DNA of 64,000 nucleotides, taken from positions 320,001-384,000 of the forward strand of contig CAWIYV010000009.1 in NCBI GenBank assembly GCA_963840455.1, in the 5' to 3' direction. Below the pieces are notes generated by a model. It saw only the letters and a list, made by a program, of their open reading frames with translations, was not told the origin of the DNA and ran no database searches. Of the stretch, positions 39,696-50,420 are shown piece by piece (within the stretch, counting starts at the first letter, position 1; the number at the start of each line of letters is the position of its first letter). The DNA comes from Nitrospirota bacterium (GTDB lineage: Bacteria; Nitrospirota; UBA9217). The translations under genes were made by a program, and so were the position numbers.

Positions 39696-39917
39696 ATCAA
39701 ACCTCCTGAGAGTAAAATCTGCCACAGAGAGCTATAGAGGACAGAGAGTAACAACAAGAACAGGAATGGAAAGGGGGGTAAGCAAGGCAAGAAGGTAATA
39801 ATGTTGAAGAGGCCTTACCTTCGCAGTACCGTATCTTCCTATTGTCGTCGTTTCCTACCCTCCAGTTCACTCTGTGCTTTCTGCCTGTAGCCCGCGGCCA
39901 AGTCCTCTGTGGCTAAA

Positions 39918-40355
39918 CTAATCCTTTTTGGTCCTTCGTACACTGCAGCTAAACCCGTTCCCGGAGAATGCCGCGCCGCTGTCGTCGAAGTGCCAGAACC
40001 AGTCACCCATCTTTGCCGCGTCGTCGATCTTTGTCCCGCCCCGGTCTCCCCGCAGGAGATATTTCCGGGGGCCCAGCGAGTGGGGCGCTCCACCCACGGC
40101 GATCGTCATGTCATTGAGATCGACGGTCCACCATCGGTAGGCGGACCGGGCGCGGGGCAGATGGAGGATATAGTACGTGCGGTTCCTGGCCTTTCGATAG
40201 ACCTCGGCATCGGCGAAGAAATCCTCATGCTCCCCGTAGATGACCTGCAGCGAGCCGGACTTAAAGAGCGGCTGTGCGCCGGTGGCGAGGAAGACCCCCC
40301 AGACGATGAGGCACAGGACTGCCGCGATAACGAGTATTTTAGCTCCAAGCGTCAT
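39918..40355 (-). CDS. hypothetical membrane-anchored protein
   Basis: N-terminal hydrophobic helix; plausible codon usage. Confidence 0.5.
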   Translation of the reverse strand: MTLGAKILVIAAVLCLIVWGVFLATGAQPLFKSGSLQVIYGEHEDFFADAEVYRKARNRTYYILHLPRARSAYRWWTVDLNDMTIAVGGAPHSLGPRKYLLRGDRGGTKIDDAAKMGDWFWHFDDSGAAFSGNGFSCSVRRTKKD

Positions 40356-40411
40356 GGATGAGGGAGTGGAGAGGAACTTTCTGGAACTCGAACGACACTC
40401 TTCCGGCAGGG

Positions 40412-40448
40412 AAAAGGACGGCGGGCCCCGTCCGGAGGCCCGCTGTCC
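40412..40448 (-). terminator. intrinsic terminator after the GYD gene
   Basis: GC stem GGACAGCGGGCC/GGCCCGCCGTCC followed by TTTT on the - strand. Confidence 0.6.
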
Positions 40449-40469
40449 GGGATCCTGAGCAAGGTCCGG

Positions 40470-40754
40470 CTACTTGATCTTCCTGATGAACTCTTCCACC
40501 GAAAGGGCAGGGAGTGTCGTCATCTGTACCGAGCCGCGGGAGCCCAGCTCAACGGACATCTTCATCACCGTTTCGTTGTCCGGCGCCTCGACGATGTTCA
40601 CAAAATCGTACATGCCGAGAAGGGCGTACTGCTTGTGTACCTTGACGCCCATGGCCTCGATCTCCTTGTTCACCTCGACGATCCGCTCAGGTCTCTGCTT
40701 GATGGTCCGGCGCCCTTCGTCGGTCAGATTGCTCAAAATGATGTAGTACGGCAT
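40470..40754 (-). CDS. GYD domain-containing protein
   Basis: LLGMYDFVNIVEAPD motif; RBS AGGAGG before MPYYII. Confidence 0.85.
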   Translation of the reverse strand: MPYYIILSNLTDEGRRTIKQRPERIVEVNKEIEAMGVKVHKQYALLGMYDFVNIVEAPDNETVMKMSVELGSRGSVQMTTLPALSVEEFIRKIK

Positions 40755-40987
40755 GGCAGGTCCTCCTTTTTTATTCGGGTCTTTCGGGGATGTCCCTGCG
40801 ACGGCATGCGTGCAGGGAGTGGTCAAAGTATAGCACAAGGGGCCGTTCTTGGCCATGGGAACAGGGGCTGATGGGTCGCGGCTTTTCCCGGCAGGACAAT
40901 GGCCGGGGGCTTACAAATTCCTTTTTCCGTGATACAATAAACCGAGTTTTGCCGCGACCACTTCGTTCCGTCCGGCGACCCATTATC

Positions 40988-41953
40988 ATGAATCGATCTC
41001 TTCTTATCCTATTCCTGTTCATCGGACTTCTCATACGGCCTGCTTCCGCAGGTTCCTTTGACGGCCCGCTCCAGGTGCGGAACCAGTTCCCCATTTTCCT
41101 TCCACTCGATCCCCCCTATCTGGAAAGCGCCTCAGTACGGGATTCGGCGACGGTCTCGCTCACCCATTCAAGCGTGTATGTGATCGAAACGGCCCCTGCC
41201 TGGACGGTCAACATGGACCTTGAGCTCACAGAGCTCAATATCCGCCTGAAAAAGACGCTGGGTCCGCGGACCGAGCTGGGGCTTGACGTTCCCGTGATCC
41301 GTCCCACGGCCGGTTTCTTGGACGCCCCCCTGGCCAGCTTCCATAATGCCCTTGGCACAGGAGATTACGGAAGGAGCGCGCGCCCGAATAATGAGTTCCT
41401 GTACGAGGTCCTGTATCAGGGCAAACCGGTCATCATCACGGAGAGCGACAAGGCCGGGATCGGGGATGTCCGTCTGACGCTCAAACGGGTGGTGAATGAT
41501 GTGAAGCCACTGGTGAGCCTCATGGCAAACGTCGAGCTCCCCACGGGCGACGCGAAGGCCGGATACGGTAATGGGAGCGTTGATGCGGCATTCGCCGTGC
41601 TTATTGACCTGGACCTGGGGAAGCAGTACCGGGGGTACGGGAACGTCGGCGTGGTGGTTCCCGGGGACCTGAAGGGCTACCAGGCCATCCCCATGCGCAC
41701 TTACGCCTATGCCGGGTTCGGCGTCGAGGCGGCATGGTGGGAACGTTTCAGCGTCATCGTCCAGACCGTGGTAGCGGGCTCGCCCTATCCGTCGACGGGC
41801 ATCCGGCAGGTCGATTGGCCGGGGATCCTCCTGACGTTCGGCGGGCGGTATTCGTTTAGTTCAAGCAGCTTCGAGTTTTCCCTGACCGAGGACCCGGACA
41901 CTGCGGGCGCCCCCGATTTCATCATGAACGTTTCCTATATAATGTCGTTCTAG
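40988..41953 (+). CDS. outer-membrane protein, DUF3187-like
   Basis: Signal peptide, GPLQVRNQFP, ELPTGD, LTED...APDF; terminal Phe. Confidence 0.7.
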   Translation: MNRSLLILFLFIGLLIRPASAGSFDGPLQVRNQFPIFLPLDPPYLESASVRDSATVSLTHSSVYVIETAPAWTVNMDLELTELNIRLKKTLGPRTELGLDVPVIRPTAGFLDAPLASFHNALGTGDYGRSARPNNEFLYEVLYQGKPVIITESDKAGIGDVRLTLKRVVNDVKPLVSLMANVELPTGDAKAGYGNGSVDAAFAVLIDLDLGKQYRGYGNVGVVVPGDLKGYQAIPMRTYAYAGFGVEAAWWERFSVIVQTVVAGSPYPSTGIRQVDWPGILLTFGGRYSFSSSSFEFSLTEDPDTAGAPDFIMNVSYIMSF

Positions 41954-42054
41954 CGGCACTGCCAGGACGGCCGCTGTTCCAGATCACTTGCCTAGCAGGC
42001 CGCGGCATGGTATAACAAGTACGGAAGCTCTGGTAAACGAGCGAGGAGGCAGCC

Positions 42055-42243
42055 GTGTGCGATCTTAAAGCCTATGTACGGAACAATGACCGGGAAGAGC
42101 TGGTCCTGGAATCGGTGAACCTGATCCGTTCGGAGGGGGGAGAGGTCGTCCTCCGGAACCTTTTCGGCGAGGAAAAACGGGTACGGGGCGAGGTGCGCGA
42201 GGTCTCGCTCGCAAAGAACCGGGTCGTCCTGGAACCTCGATAA
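42055..42243 (+). CDS. cooT: CooT-family nickel-binding protein
   Basis: MC N-terminus, EELVLESV, LRNLFGEEK; 62 aa; RBS GAGGAGG. Confidence 0.75.
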   Translation: MCDLKAYVRNNDREELVLESVNLIRSEGGEVVLRNLFGEEKRVRGEVREVSLAKNRVVLEPR

Positions 42244-42363
42244 CAGGGGCTGAGAGATCCGATAGCAGGGTTCCAATTGGCTATCGTCGACAATCCCGCA
42301 AAGCACTGTTCATGTTGTACCCGTTCTAACATGCGTAAAACGGGGATTCTTACCTTAAACCGC

Positions 42364-42392
42364 TTGACAAACCTAACCACTTGATTTATAAA
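42364..42392 (+). promoter_or_regulatory. sigma70 promoter of the LysR gene
   Basis: TTGACA-N17-TATAAA. Confidence 0.6.
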
Positions 42393-42445
42393 TAGCTATC
42401 GTCGTGGCATGGTCCTCAGTACCACCCTGAACCCCGCATCCACTT

Positions 42446-43354
42446 ATGGAAGACCACAAGCTGAGAGTTTTCTGCGCAGTTGCCGAGACGAAGAGCTTCT
42501 CAAAGGCTTCGGAGCTCATCCACCTCACGCAGCCTGCAGTGAGCCTGCAGATCCAGGCCATGGAAGAGCTCTACGAGACGCGCCTTTTCGACCGTTCCGG
42601 AAACACGATCAACCTCACGCCCGCGGGCGAGATCCTGTACAAGCGAGCCAAGGAGATCCTGGCGCTCTATTCCGAGGCCCAGCAGAACATCAGCGAGATC
42701 ACCGGCGCCATCAAAGGATCGCTCTCCATCGGCGCCAGCTCCACCATCGGCAACTACCTCCTCCCGCACATCATTTCCGCGTTCAAGAAGAAGGTGCCCC
42801 AGGTCAACATCTCCCTGGTGGTGGGCAACACGAAGACCATCACGGAAAAGCTGAACGCGGGCGAGATCGACATCGCCCTGGTGGAAGGGGACGTGAGCAA
42901 GCAGCGGTTCTCGGTGGAGACGCTGCTCTCCGACGAACTGGTGGTGATCATGTCGCCTGCCCACCCTTGGGCGGAGCGCAGGAACCTCCCGGCCATCGAA
43001 CTGACCAAGGAGCCGCTTATCATGCGCGAGGAGGGCTCAGGCACGCGCCAGATCATCCTGAAGCACCTGGAGGAGCATGGTCTCAAGCTCGACCAGCTCA
43101 AGATAACCCTCGTTATGGGAAGTACCGAGGCGATCAAGGGCGCGGTGGAGGAAGGGACTGGCGTGTCCATCATGTCGGGCTGGGCCGTCCGCAAGTGGCT
43201 CAAGCTGGGGCTCCTCAAGGCCGCCACGTTCAAGGACCTCAAGTTCCACCGGAACTTCAGCATCATCTCACCCAAGCGCAACTACAGCACCCACACCGCA
43301 AGGGAGTTCCTGAACTTCCTGAAGGTCTTCCCGATCAAATCCCCGCTGTCCTGA
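42446..43354 (+). CDS. LysR-family regulator (CysL/CbbR-like)
   Basis: HTH SFSKAS..LTQPAVS, IGASSTIGNY, REEGSGTR. Confidence 0.92.
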   Translation: MEDHKLRVFCAVAETKSFSKASELIHLTQPAVSLQIQAMEELYETRLFDRSGNTINLTPAGEILYKRAKEILALYSEAQQNISEITGAIKGSLSIGASSTIGNYLLPHIISAFKKKVPQVNISLVVGNTKTITEKLNAGEIDIALVEGDVSKQRFSVETLLSDELVVIMSPAHPWAERRNLPAIELTKEPLIMREEGSGTRQIILKHLEEHGLKLDQLKITLVMGSTEAIKGAVEEGTGVSIMSGWAVRKWLKLGLLKAATFKDLKFHRNFSIISPKRNYSTHTAREFLNFLKVFPIKSPLS

Positions 43355-45878
43355 TCGCCACCCGCTTCCAGTTCGACCGTTCTACCGTCCACCATCCATC
43401 CTGTCCGGACGGCGTCGCCTGCTGGAGCAGCAGCTCCGACCATGGCTGGACGTCGAGCCCGGCAGGAGACAGCCTGACGGTGATCGCCCCGTGCCGGTCC
43501 GTGCGATAGACCGTTGCCCCGTTCTCCCGGTACCGGGTCTCGGTCTCTGTTGACGGATGGTGGTAGGGGTTCCCGTCACCCACGGTGATGACCGCAGCGG
43601 CGGGACGGAAGGCAGCGACAAGATCGCCGCTGCTTGAGGTCCTACTGCCGTGGTGCGGTACCTTCACGAGGTCAACGGCGAGGTCCGGAACGTTCCGCAG
43701 CAACTCCCGTTCCCCTTCGGCGTGGATGTCCCCGGCGAACAGCAGCGTCCTTCCCGCCAGCTCCATCCTAACCACCAGCGAACGGTCATTCTCGGCGGCA
43801 TAGGCCTTCTTTGTTCGCTGCCGGAAGGTCGCGCCGGGGTGCAGTACGGTAATATGCGCCTCGCCGATGCGCATGCTGTCGCCTGCCGATACCTTTCGGA
43901 AGGGAATCCTCCGCTCTATGATGATATCCTGAAGATCCGCATATCCCGGCAGGGACCTGTCCAGGCCCGACCCCCAGACCTCGCGAACCGTGAAGTTCCT
44001 GAGCACGGCGCTCAATCCATTCATGTGGTCGGGATGCGGATGGGAGAGTATGACGAGATCAAGGTCCCTGATGCCCCGGTCCCACAGGTATGGCGCGAGC
44101 ACGCTGCGGCCGACATCGAACCGGTTGTCCCGGGTCCCGCCACCATCGATCAGGATGGTACGGCCTGCAGCGGTCTCGACGAGGGAGCAGTCCCCTTGTC
44201 CGACATCGACGAAGGTCACCTGCGATCCATGAGCCAGGAGAAGAGGGAACGCCGCGGACAGCACGATTACCGCGGCTGAAATAGCCATCGTGGCAAGAGC
44301 GAAGCGGGGCGGCAGCTTTGACGCTTCCAAGGGCCGGTACGCCGCGAAGAGGCGGGCGCGGAACCACAGGGCCGACGCGATCAACAGGCCGGCGTAGCCG
44401 ATAGCCAGCAGGGGCCCCGGCGAAGGCAGATGCACTGCCGCAAAGGGGATGCGGGCGAAGAGCGCGACCAGCGCAACGAAGGCGTCAGCGAAGAACTGGT
44501 TGACCGCTGCGAACGGCAGGGAACCGGTAAGGATCGACAGTATGCCGCTGGCCAGACCGAGGGGGACGACCACCGCTCCGGCGAAGGGAACAACGACCAT
44601 GTTCGCGGCGATCCCGGCGAACGAAATCTGATGGAAGTAGAATGCGACGAGAGGGCCGGTGACTAGTGCCGCGGCAACTGAGATGGAGAACAGCAGCAGG
44701 CCGCTGTGCAGCAGCTTCCCGGCCCGTGTATCCGGCCGGAGCTCGAGCGCATTCCAGGTGGACACGACGAATGCGATGCACAGAACGGACAGGTAGGAGA
44801 GCTGGAACGAGATATCAAAGAGGGCCCGCGGGTCCGGTACGAGCGAAATGAACGCCGCGATGCCGAGGGCGGACAGGAGGTCTTCCTCCCGGTCCAGGAT
44901 GAGGGCCGTGAGACCGGCAAGGATCATGATCAGGGAGCGGATGGTGGCGACCTGGCCGCCGGCAAGGAACGCGTAGAAGACAACGGGGATGACCGTGGCC
45001 AGCGCTGCGATCTTCCGAGGATCGGCATGGATGGTCAACCAGTGGTAGGAGCGCTCGGGCAGCAGGAACAGGGCGTTCCTCGTGAGCCAGAAGCAGATGA
45101 CGGCCACCATGCCCAGATGGGACCCGGATATGGAGATGATGTGCGTGACCCCTGCTGCCATGAAGCGCTCCCGGAGGTCCTCGGTGAGGCTGCCCTCCTC
45201 GCCGATGGTCATGGCCAGCAGGATGGCGCTGCCGTCCCCCGTTAGGCCGGCCGTCATGGCCTGCCGGATCCGCTCGCGGAGGTCCTGGATGGCGCGCAGG
45301 ACGCCGCTGCCCTGTTCAAACACGCGGACATCGGTGCCGCGACTGAGGGAGAGGACCGCATGCACGCCGTGTCGGGCCAGGTAGGCGGGATAGTCGAATC
45401 CGCCCGGGTTCCTGAACCCGCGGGGAGGATTGAGCATGCCGGAAAGCGATACCCGGTCGCCGTACCCGGCAGGGAGCGCTTCGTCCCTGACGGTCACCCG
45501 GACCGTTCCGGATGCCTCCCTGCCGTCGATGCGGTCCAGGTCGAGCTCGAAGGCCGTCCTTCCGGGATCCCGGTCCAGGGGCGAGGATATCCTGCCGGTC
45601 AGTTCATGTGCGGCGCCGTCGAAGATCGGCATCGCTCGATAATGGCGCTCCGGGAGATGTGCGGCGACGGCGACGAGGATGGCAAAGCCGGCGACAGCAC
45701 CAGCGGCCGTGAACAGCAGGTCCCTACGGCCGAGGCGGGCAGTCGCAGGAATCACGCTGCCACCGGCGGCAAGGGCGACGATAACCGCGATCGTGGAATA
45801 GGGAAAGAAGAGGAACGCCTGTCCCAGCAGGATGCCGGTGACGAGGGCAAGAGTGAGGAGGATGACGGGACGGTGCAT
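43335..45878 (-). CDS. comEC: DNA uptake channel ComEC/Rec2
   Basis: HIISISGSH, FQLSYL, DVGQGD, SHPHPDHMNG, KVPHHGS, NPYHHP. Confidence 0.93.
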   Translation of the reverse strand: MHRPVILLTLALVTGILLGQAFLFFPYSTIAVIVALAAGGSVIPATARLGRRDLLFTAAGAVAGFAILVAVAAHLPERHYRAMPIFDGAAHELTGRISSPLDRDPGRTAFELDLDRIDGREASGTVRVTVRDEALPAGYGDRVSLSGMLNPPRGFRNPGGFDYPAYLARHGVHAVLSLSRGTDVRVFEQGSGVLRAIQDLRERIRQAMTAGLTGDGSAILLAMTIGEEGSLTEDLRERFMAAGVTHIISISGSHLGMVAVICFWLTRNALFLLPERSYHWLTIHADPRKIAALATVIPVVFYAFLAGGQVATIRSLIMILAGLTALILDREEDLLSALGIAAFISLVPDPRALFDISFQLSYLSVLCIAFVVSTWNALELRPDTRAGKLLHSGLLLFSISVAAALVTGPLVAFYFHQISFAGIAANMVVVPFAGAVVVPLGLASGILSILTGSLPFAAVNQFFADAFVALVALFARIPFAAVHLPSPGPLLAIGYAGLLIASALWFRARLFAAYRPLEASKLPPRFALATMAISAAVIVLSAAFPLLLAHGSQVTFVDVGQGDCSLVETAAGRTILIDGGGTRDNRFDVGRSVLAPYLWDRGIRDLDLVILSHPHPDHMNGLSAVLRNFTVREVWGSGLDRSLPGYADLQDIIIERRIPFRKVSAGDSMRIGEAHITVLHPGATFRQRTKKAYAAENDRSLVVRMELAGRTLLFAGDIHAEGERELLRNVPDLAVDLVKVPHHGSRTSSSGDLVAAFRPAAAVITVGDGNPYHHPSTETETRYRENGATVYRTDRHGAITVRLSPAGLDVQPWSELLLQQATPSGQDGWWTVERSNWKRVAIRTAGI

Positions 45879-45933
45879 GGGCGGCCGGGCTGTCTCGGGT
45901 CGCGGTGCGCGCGGCAGGGGCCGCGCGAAGCCG

Positions 45934-46374
45934 CTACACCCCGATCATCGCGACGTCCTCGACCGCGGTGGTCACGACAAGGATCCTGATATTATTGCTG
46001 CTTTCGTCCACCGGTATGATGGTGAATGCCTTTTCCTCCATCGATTCGAGGAAGAACCCCTTCTGCCAGGGGATCTCGCCTTCCATGTTGCCCATAATCG
46101 TCTCGCCGTCCTTGAACTTGACGAACACCCGCTTGGAACCGGGGCGGGTGCCGGAAAAGGCCTTCTTTTCCTGATGGCCCCGTTCACCTTCGAACTTCTT
46201 CACATAGAAGATCGCCTTCAGCTCCTTGAGCCGCACCTTGAGCTGGTGGCTCGATTCGTCCTCAAGGTAAAGGTATTCCTCGGCGATCTTGAGGTCCCGG
46301 ATATAGCCTTTCAGCATCTTCCCATCGATGAACCGCAGTATGACCTTCTGGTTCTCCTGGAGCCCGTCTGCCAT
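45934..46374 (-). CDS. conserved hypothetical protein (DUF6982-like tandem beta domains)
   Basis: 'LKAIFYVK', 'FKDGE' and 'SNNIRI' repeated-domain pattern; RBS GAGGAG. Confidence 0.7.
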   Translation of the reverse strand: MADGLQENQKVILRFIDGKMLKGYIRDLKIAEEYLYLEDESSHQLKVRLKELKAIFYVKKFEGERGHQEKKAFSGTRPGSKRVFVKFKDGETIMGNMEGEIPWQKGFFLESMEEKAFTIIPVDESSNNIRILVVTTAVEDVAMIGV

Positions 46375-46468
46375 GATCAGTTCTCCTCGCGCCGTCCCCG
46401 TTCGTCTCACTGCCTATCCGAGAGTGTATCACAGGATGGGAAAAAAGCAACCAGTCTGCAGCCGGAAC

Positions 46469-47818
46469 CTATCCCAGCTTGTTCCTGACCATTTCCGCCA
46501 GCTCGTGGGCATGCTTCCGGATGGTCTCCTCGTCCTCGCCCTCGAGCATGATGCGGAGCTTTGGCTCGGTGCCGGAATAGCGCACCAACAGGCGGCCGCT
46601 GCCCTCGAGTGCCTTCTCGATATCGGCCACGCGCTTCGCGATCTCCGGGACCGATGCCAGGTCGCGCTTTTCCTTCACCCGGACGTTCACGAGCACCTGG
46701 GGATAGGTGCGCATGCAGGCGGCAAGCTCCGAGAGCGTTTTCCCGTCCTGTTTCATGATGGAGAGGACCTGGAGCGAGGTGATGAGCCCGTCGCCGGTGG
46801 TGTTGTGGTCCAGGAAGATAAGGTGGCCGGACTGCTCCCCGCCGAGATTGTAACCGCCTTCGAGCATCAGCTCCATGACGTACCGGTCGCCTACTGCCGC
46901 CCGGACGAGCCGGCCTCCCGCTTCCTTCAGGGCAAGCTCGAGCCCGAGGTTGCTCATGACCGTCGACACGAGGGTGTTGTGCCGGAGCCTGCCCTGACGG
47001 ATCATGTGCAGTGCGCAAAGGGCCATCACCGCATCACCGTCTACGACCTTTCCGTTCTCGTCGCAGAAGATGGCGCGGTCCGCGTCGCCGTCGTAGGCGA
47101 TGCCGATGTGCGCCCGGTTGGCGATAACGGCGCGGGAGACCATCTCGGGATAGAGCGATCCGCATCCCTGGTTGATGTTCATGCCGTTGGGCTGGTCGTA
47201 CAGCGAGATGACATCGGCGCCGAGCTCGAGCAGGATCCGGGGCCCGATCTTATAGGCGGCGCCGTTCGCGGAGTCCACCACGACGCGGAGCCCGGCGAGG
47301 TCCATGCCGCGGGGGATCGCGGACTTGACGAACTCGTTGTACCGGCCGATGGCATCGTCGATCCTGACGGCCTTGCCGATGCCGGCGGCCGTGGGGCGGA
47401 TGTCGTCGATGGCGCCCGAGAAGATGAGCTCCTCCATCTGTGCTTCCAGCGCGTCGGGCAGCTTGAATCCGTCCTTACCGAAGAACTTGATGCCGTTGTC
47501 CTCGTAGGGATTGTGGGAGGCAGAGATGACCACACCGGCGTCCGCCCTCAGGCTCCGGGTCAGGAACGCGATGCCCGGCGTCGGGACAGGGCCCACGAGC
47601 AGCACATCGATGCCCATGGAGCAGAGCCCGCTGGTGAGGGCGCTCTCGATCATGTACCCCGAGAGCCGCGTGTCCTTGCCGATCACGACGCGATGCCGGC
47701 GCGATGAGTCGCGGAAGATATGGGCGGCGGCCCTCCCGATGCGCAGGGCCATCTCCGAGGTCATGGGATCCTGGTTTGCGACACCCCGGACGCCGTCAGT
47801 GCCGAAAAGCTTTCTCAT
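46469..47818 (-). CDS. glmM: phosphoglucosamine mutase
   Basis: [36 protein letters not shown]. Confidence 0.97.
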   Translation of the reverse strand: MRKLFGTDGVRGVANQDPMTSEMALRIGRAAAHIFRDSSRRHRVVIGKDTRLSGYMIESALTSGLCSMGIDVLLVGPVPTPGIAFLTRSLRADAGVVISASHNPYEDNGIKFFGKDGFKLPDALEAQMEELIFSGAIDDIRPTAAGIGKAVRIDDAIGRYNEFVKSAIPRGMDLAGLRVVVDSANGAAYKIGPRILLELGADVISLYDQPNGMNINQGCGSLYPEMVSRAVIANRAHIGIAYDGDADRAIFCDENGKVVDGDAVMALCALHMIRQGRLRHNTLVSTVMSNLGLELALKEAGGRLVRAAVGDRYVMELMLEGGYNLGGEQSGHLIFLDHNTTGDGLITSLQVLSIMKQDGKTLSELAACMRTYPQVLVNVRVKEKRDLASVPEIAKRVADIEKALEGSGRLLVRYSGTEPKLRIMLEGEDEETIRKHAHELAEMVRNKLG

Positions 47819-48471
47819 GGACGCTCCTTCTGAAGGGTGATGGTAATGCTAATGTCCTGCTCGAGGACCTTGACCGGCTTGCCCTGGAAGTCGATGCGGG
47901 GCTCCACGGTCGTGTTCTCCCGCATCCCGCTCACATCGACGGGAAGGGTCTGGAGCATGGTGAACGACCCGATGATGGCTGCCGGGCCTTCGAGGGTGAC
48001 GCGGAGGGGTTTCACGGAGACGCTCCTGATGCGGTAACCCGTCGCCGGTCTTCCGGTGAGCACCGGTTTCAACTGCAGGCTCTTCCGGGCGAGCCGGTCG
48101 AGCTTCACGGCGATCTCAAAGGGATTCAGGTGGGTCACGAGAGCGCCGGACGGCCTCCTGATGTCGTCAGGGGAAAGATGGATGATGTTCTCTCCTTCCT
48201 TGCCGCGGCCGAGGTCCACGGTGCCCACCACTTTTTTCCCTGCGGCGATGTCGCGGAGCGCCCGCTCCTGGCCCTGGAGACGGATTTCGATGGTCCCCGG
48301 CACATCGCCGACCACGGCCATATCCTGGGGGATATTGCGGAGCTCCAGGGGTACGATGAGCGACATTTCGGTCTTGCCCTTGGAGGTGACATAGATCCAG
48401 AGGGTCACGGCAAGGACGAGTGACGCGAGCTTGATGGGCCAGTTCTCGAGGAATATCCTGCGGATGTTCAT
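47815..48471 (-). CDS. cdaR: CdaR/YbbR-domain regulator of diadenylate cyclase
   Basis: N-terminal TM '[16 protein letters not shown]' followed by YbbR repeats; lies between cdaA and glmM. Confidence 0.85.
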   Translation of the reverse strand: MNIRRIFLENWPIKLASLVLAVTLWIYVTSKGKTEMSLIVPLELRNIPQDMAVVGDVPGTIEIRLQGQERALRDIAAGKKVVGTVDLGRGKEGENIIHLSPDDIRRPSGALVTHLNPFEIAVKLDRLARKSLQLKPVLTGRPATGYRIRSVSVKPLRVTLEGPAAIIGSFTMLQTLPVDVSGMRENTTVEPRIDFQGKPVKVLEQDISITITLQKERP

Positions 48472-48472
48472 A

Positions 48473-49270
48473 TTACGTTCTCCGCTCCTGCTTCTGCCTC
48501 ACGAAGAGGTCCGAGATCACCTTCCGGAGCCGGGGGGCGTCCAGGCTGGCGTCGATCGCTCCGTTCATGACCATCGAGATTTCCCCGGTCTCTTCGGAGA
48601 CCACCACGACCACGGCGTCCGTTTCCTCCGTGAGGCCCACAGCCGCCCGGTGGCGAGTCCCCAGGGATTTGGCGATGTTCGACGACAGCGTCAACGGCAG
48701 GAAGCAGCCCGCGGCGACGAGGCGGCCGTTCCGGATGATGGTGGCGCCGTCATGGATGGGTGAGTAGGGGAGAAAGATGCTGGTCAGGATCTCCTTGGAG
48801 ACCTTTGCGTCCAGGTTCGTCCCCATTTCCACGATGGTGGTAAGGTCGGTCTCCCGTTCGAGCACGATGAGCGCGCCGATGCGCTTGTTCGCCATGGAGA
48901 CCGAGGCCTTCACGATCTCCTCGATGAACTTAGAACTTTCGACGGGGGAGAGGGCCCGGAAGAAACGGCGTTCGCCCATCTGGGCCAGGGCGCGCCGGAT
49001 CTCGGGCTGGAACAGGATAACCGCGGCGATGACGATCTGGGACCAGAAGCTGCGGATCACCCAGTCGAGCGTGTAGAACTCGAAGGCCTGGGACGCGATG
49101 AGGGCGAGCATGATGAGGCCGAGGCCCAGGAGCATCTGGAACGCCCGGGTCCCCTTGATGATGAGCAGGAGGCGGTAGAAGATATAGTAGACCAGCGCAA
49201 TGTCCGCGGTGTCCTGGAACCACCGGTAATGCGCCAGCGCCTCGCGTATTTCGGAAAAGGTGGTGAACAT
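48473..49270 (-). CDS. cdaA: diadenylate cyclase CdaA
   Basis: Three TM segments, FQPEIRRAL, HDGA, GTRHRAA, SEETG. Confidence 0.95.
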   Translation of the reverse strand: MFTTFSEIREALAHYRWFQDTADIALVYYIFYRLLLIIKGTRAFQMLLGLGLIMLALIASQAFEFYTLDWVIRSFWSQIVIAAVILFQPEIRRALAQMGERRFFRALSPVESSKFIEEIVKASVSMANKRIGALIVLERETDLTTIVEMGTNLDAKVSKEILTSIFLPYSPIHDGATIIRNGRLVAAGCFLPLTLSSNIAKSLGTRHRAAVGLTEETDAVVVVVSEETGEISMVMNGAIDASLDAPRLRKVISDLFVRQKQERRT

Positions 49271-49285
49271 GGTTCGTTAAGCTGA

Positions 49286-50413
49286 TCAGCTTGCAAGATA
49301 GGTTCGTCTTACGATCGCATCCGTCATGCGGGCGACCTTCATCATATATCCGACATCGTGGACCCGGACGATGTGGGCGCCGCGCTGGATGGCCAGCGCC
49401 ACGGTGGCTGCCGTTCCCTCGACGCGGTCCCTCGGCTCCGGGATGTTCAGGACCGTGCCGATGAACCGCTTCCGCGACGTCCCGAGGACGGTGGGGAACC
49501 CGAGCGTCCTGAACTCGTCCAGCCGATCGATGATCTCGAGGTTGTGCTGGACGGTCTTCCCGAATCCGATGCCGGGATCGACCAGGATCCGTTCCCTGCC
49601 GACGCCCGCCTTCAGGGCGATTGCGGCGCTTTCCTCGAGGTAGTCCATGATCTCGCCGACGACGTCGCCGTACACGGGATTCATCTGCATGTCCCGCGGC
49701 GTCCCCTTGATGTGCATGAGCACCACGGCGGCGCCATGATCGGCAACGACCCGGGCCATGTCGGGCGAGAACCGGAGGCCGCTGATGTCGTTGACGATGG
49801 ACGCGCCCGCTGCCAGCGCCTTCCGAGCAACGCGCGCTTTGTAGGTGTCAACGGAGATCGGCACCGGAAGCTCCGCGGCAATGCGTTCGATGACCGGGAG
49901 GATCCTCCGCAGTTCCTCCTCGTCGGTCAGCGGTTCGGCGCCGGGCCGGGTGGACTCTCCACCGATGTCGATGATGTCCGCCCCCTGGGATGCCATTGAC
50001 CGCGCATGGCCCATGGCGGCGCCATGGCCGGCGAACAGCCCGCCGTCGGAAAAGGAGTCCGGCGTGACGTTCAGGACCCCCATGACATGGGTCCTGGCGC
50101 CGAGGTCGAGGAACGAATTCCTGAGGGTCAGCGGGTAATGCGAACGCAGGTAATTATCAAGGCGCGATTCGATCTGGGCCGGGAGGTGCTTGGTGAGGCG
50201 GTCGTCAGACCGGAGGAAAACGCAGAACTTCCGGATCTGCGCAGGGGACCCCGTGATGAACAGCGCCGTTGGCATGGGGAAACCGAAGCCGGGCCCCGAA
50301 GGGACCTGGGGAGACGAGCACGCCTCCCGGAGGAGGGCCGACTCCCCCGAGGACAGATCGCTGACGGTCACCGTGAGCGTGTCATACCGGTGGATCCTGA
50401 TGGCGAAGTCCAT
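49286..50413 (-). CDS. folP: dihydropteroate synthase with an N-terminal extension
   Basis: NVTPDSFSDGG, GGESTRPG, DPGIGFGK, SRKRF, VRVHDV. Confidence 0.95.
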   Translation of the reverse strand: MDFAIRIHRYDTLTVTVSDLSSGESALLREACSSPQVPSGPGFGFPMPTALFITGSPAQIRKFCVFLRSDDRLTKHLPAQIESRLDNYLRSHYPLTLRNSFLDLGARTHVMGVLNVTPDSFSDGGLFAGHGAAMGHARSMASQGADIIDIGGESTRPGAEPLTDEEELRRILPVIERIAAELPVPISVDTYKARVARKALAAGASIVNDISGLRFSPDMARVVADHGAAVVLMHIKGTPRDMQMNPVYGDVVGEIMDYLEESAAIALKAGVGRERILVDPGIGFGKTVQHNLEIIDRLDEFRTLGFPTVLGTSRKRFIGTVLNIPEPRDRVEGTAATVALAIQRGAHIVRVHDVGYMMKVARMTDAIVRRTYLAS

Positions 50414-50420
50414 CGCCGCC

